The notes beneath the pieces were generated by a model. The model was not told the origin of the DNA and made no database searches. It was given only the letters and a program-made list of their open reading frames with translations. The translations under genes and the position numbers were made by a program. From NCBI GenBank assembly GCA_964408935.1, contig CAYPBF010000001.1:21703-85702 (forward strand): a stretch of DNA of 64,000 nucleotides. The letters run 5' to 3'. Source of the DNA: an uncultured Dehalococcoidales bacterium. GTDB taxonomy: Bacteria > Chloroflexota > Dehalococcoidia > Dehalococcoidales > BS750m-G39. This document shows positions 63,160-64,000 of this stretch, piece by piece. Each line of letters opens with the position of its first letter. Positions within the stretch are counted from its first letter, which is position 1.

Positions 63160-64000
63160 CTAGTTTTGTTTATTATAGACACCGTACTCGTTGGCGGCCT
63201 CTATGACCGCGTGCAGACTTTCCGGATCACAACGGTCGACACTGGAGCCAAGGGTCAAGATATAACCACCGCCCTCACCGCAGACCTCGATAAGGTGACG
63301 GCAGTATTCTTTAATCTCCTGAGGTGTGCAGGTATACAGCTGGGCCGCGGTTACATTGCCGCCGATACAGGCCGCGTCCCCGAGGACCTTTTTGGCTTTG
63401 CTCATATCCGTCTGCTCGAAAATCCAAACGACGGACGCCCGGGGCAGGTTCTTGATTATCTCCAAGCGGTCGTTGTAGCCACCGTCGGCAACCATAATCG
63501 GCACACAGCCTTCGTTAATAATGCCCATGAGCAGCTTGCGGAAGGTAGGCCAGTAGAACTTCTCGTATTGCTCGCTGGACATGAAAACGTCATTGCCCTT
63601 ATGCAAAGGTATGAATACCATCGGACATTCAGCAAAATCAGCCGCAGTTACCGCTGACTCAACGGACTTGGGGGTCACTACTTCCAGGGCTTCCAGGAGC
63701 TTTTCCGGCTGTCGGTACATGTCCATAGCGATGCCGCGGGTACCTCGGAACATATCGGCAAATGTATCGAAGGGCGCCAGCGCCATACCGCCCGCCGCCG
63801 ACGGGCAACCCGCTTCAAGAGCTAGTTGGCTACACTCACCGATAACCGCCTGCCACTTCTCCAATTCCTGACTGGCCTCTCTCATAGCCTTAAAAACCGG
63901 CTGGAAGTCTGGGTTAGAACAGATTGACAAAAGCTGGAAGGGTAGGCCGAATACGAGGTCAAAGCTGGGTAGACTGCTTAAAGGCGCCAAGGCTCCCCAG
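63160..64000 (-). CDS. URO-D superfamily protein, paralogue of the previous gene; 5' end lies outside the window
   Basis: The frame stays open to the window edge. It aligns to the C-terminal ~280 aa of the neighbour (PMVFIPLHKGNDVFMSSEQYEKFYWPTFRKLL, GGYILTLGSSVD). Confidence 0.65.
   Translation of the reverse strand, partial: WGALAPLSSLPSFDLVFGLPFQLLSICSNPDFQPVFKAMREASQELEKWQAVIGECSQLALEAGCPSAAGGMALAPFDTFADMFRGTRGIAMDMYRQPEKLLEALEVVTPKSVESAVTAADFAECPMVFIPLHKGNDVFMSSEQYEKFYWPTFRKLLMGIINEGCVPIMVADGGYNDRLEIIKNLPRASVVWIFEQTDMSKAKKVLGDAACIGGNVTAAQLYTCTPQEIKEYCRHLIEVCGEGGGYILTLGSSVDRCDPESLHAVIEAANEYGVYNKQN

Noticed and set aside
1-64000. Search by eye for CRISPR arrays, IS elements/transposases, integrases, toxin-antitoxin pairs, phage or defence-system genes, and TGA-interrupted (selenoprotein) ORF pairs near the YqeB gene
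   Set aside because: No regularly spaced repeats were found. No ORF has transposase, integrase or nuclease hallmarks. No adjacent same-frame ORF pairs are separated by a single TGA. The only mobility hint is the tRNA-Lys fragment, reported separately.

Overview
64-kb piece of a bacterial chromosome. Coding sequence is moderately GC-rich, and the AT-rich intergenic regions carry near-consensus TTGACA/TATAAT-type promoters. I support about 62 protein-coding genes, two tRNAs (Pro-UGG, Arg-CCG) and one truncated tRNA-Lys-like fragment. I recognised no rRNA, CRISPR array, transposase, integrase or phage genes. The gene content points to an anaerobe, possibly Chloroflexota/Dehalococcoidia-like; this is inference only. 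That content includes a four-subunit 2-oxoacid:ferredoxin oxidoreductase, a NuoEF-like flavoprotein, rubredoxin/erythrin-type proteins, several family III CoA-transferases, mannosyl-3-phosphoglycerate synthase and URO-D-like paralogues. Layout: (1) 0-10.6 kb, a peptide-type ABC transporter split over both strands and mixed with three hydrolases. (2) 10.9-18.3 kb, glycerate kinase, a tandem-fused CoA-transferase with YqeB/XdhC maturation genes, and an E1-like enzyme with two GG-terminated small proteins. (3) 18.4-24.5 kb, a seven-cistron OFOR plus NuoE/NuoF-like plus Fe-S operon bracketed by tRNAs. (4) 24.6-34.8 kb, stress and ion-transport genes, acs, and mannosylglycerate genes. (5) 35-41.3 kb, a CoA-transferase plus a three-subunit molybdenum hydroxylase plus a Rieske protein. 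(6) 41.3-47.8 kb, a 14-gene Fe-S/sulfur-relay/diiron operon. (7) 48-64 kb, MFS, Fe-S aldo/keto reductase, three paralogous cupin-like genes, MarR, MATE, an atypical SDR, a second peptide-type ABC importer and URO-D-like paralogues. Best candidates for something undescribed: the 14-gene operon (its NifS-like protein lacks the PLP lysine), the cupin paralogue family with its regulator/exporter/importer context, the OFOR-NuoEF fusion operon, and the covalently fused pseudo-heterodimeric CoA-transferase. All functional calls rest on motifs read by eye. No database search was run.
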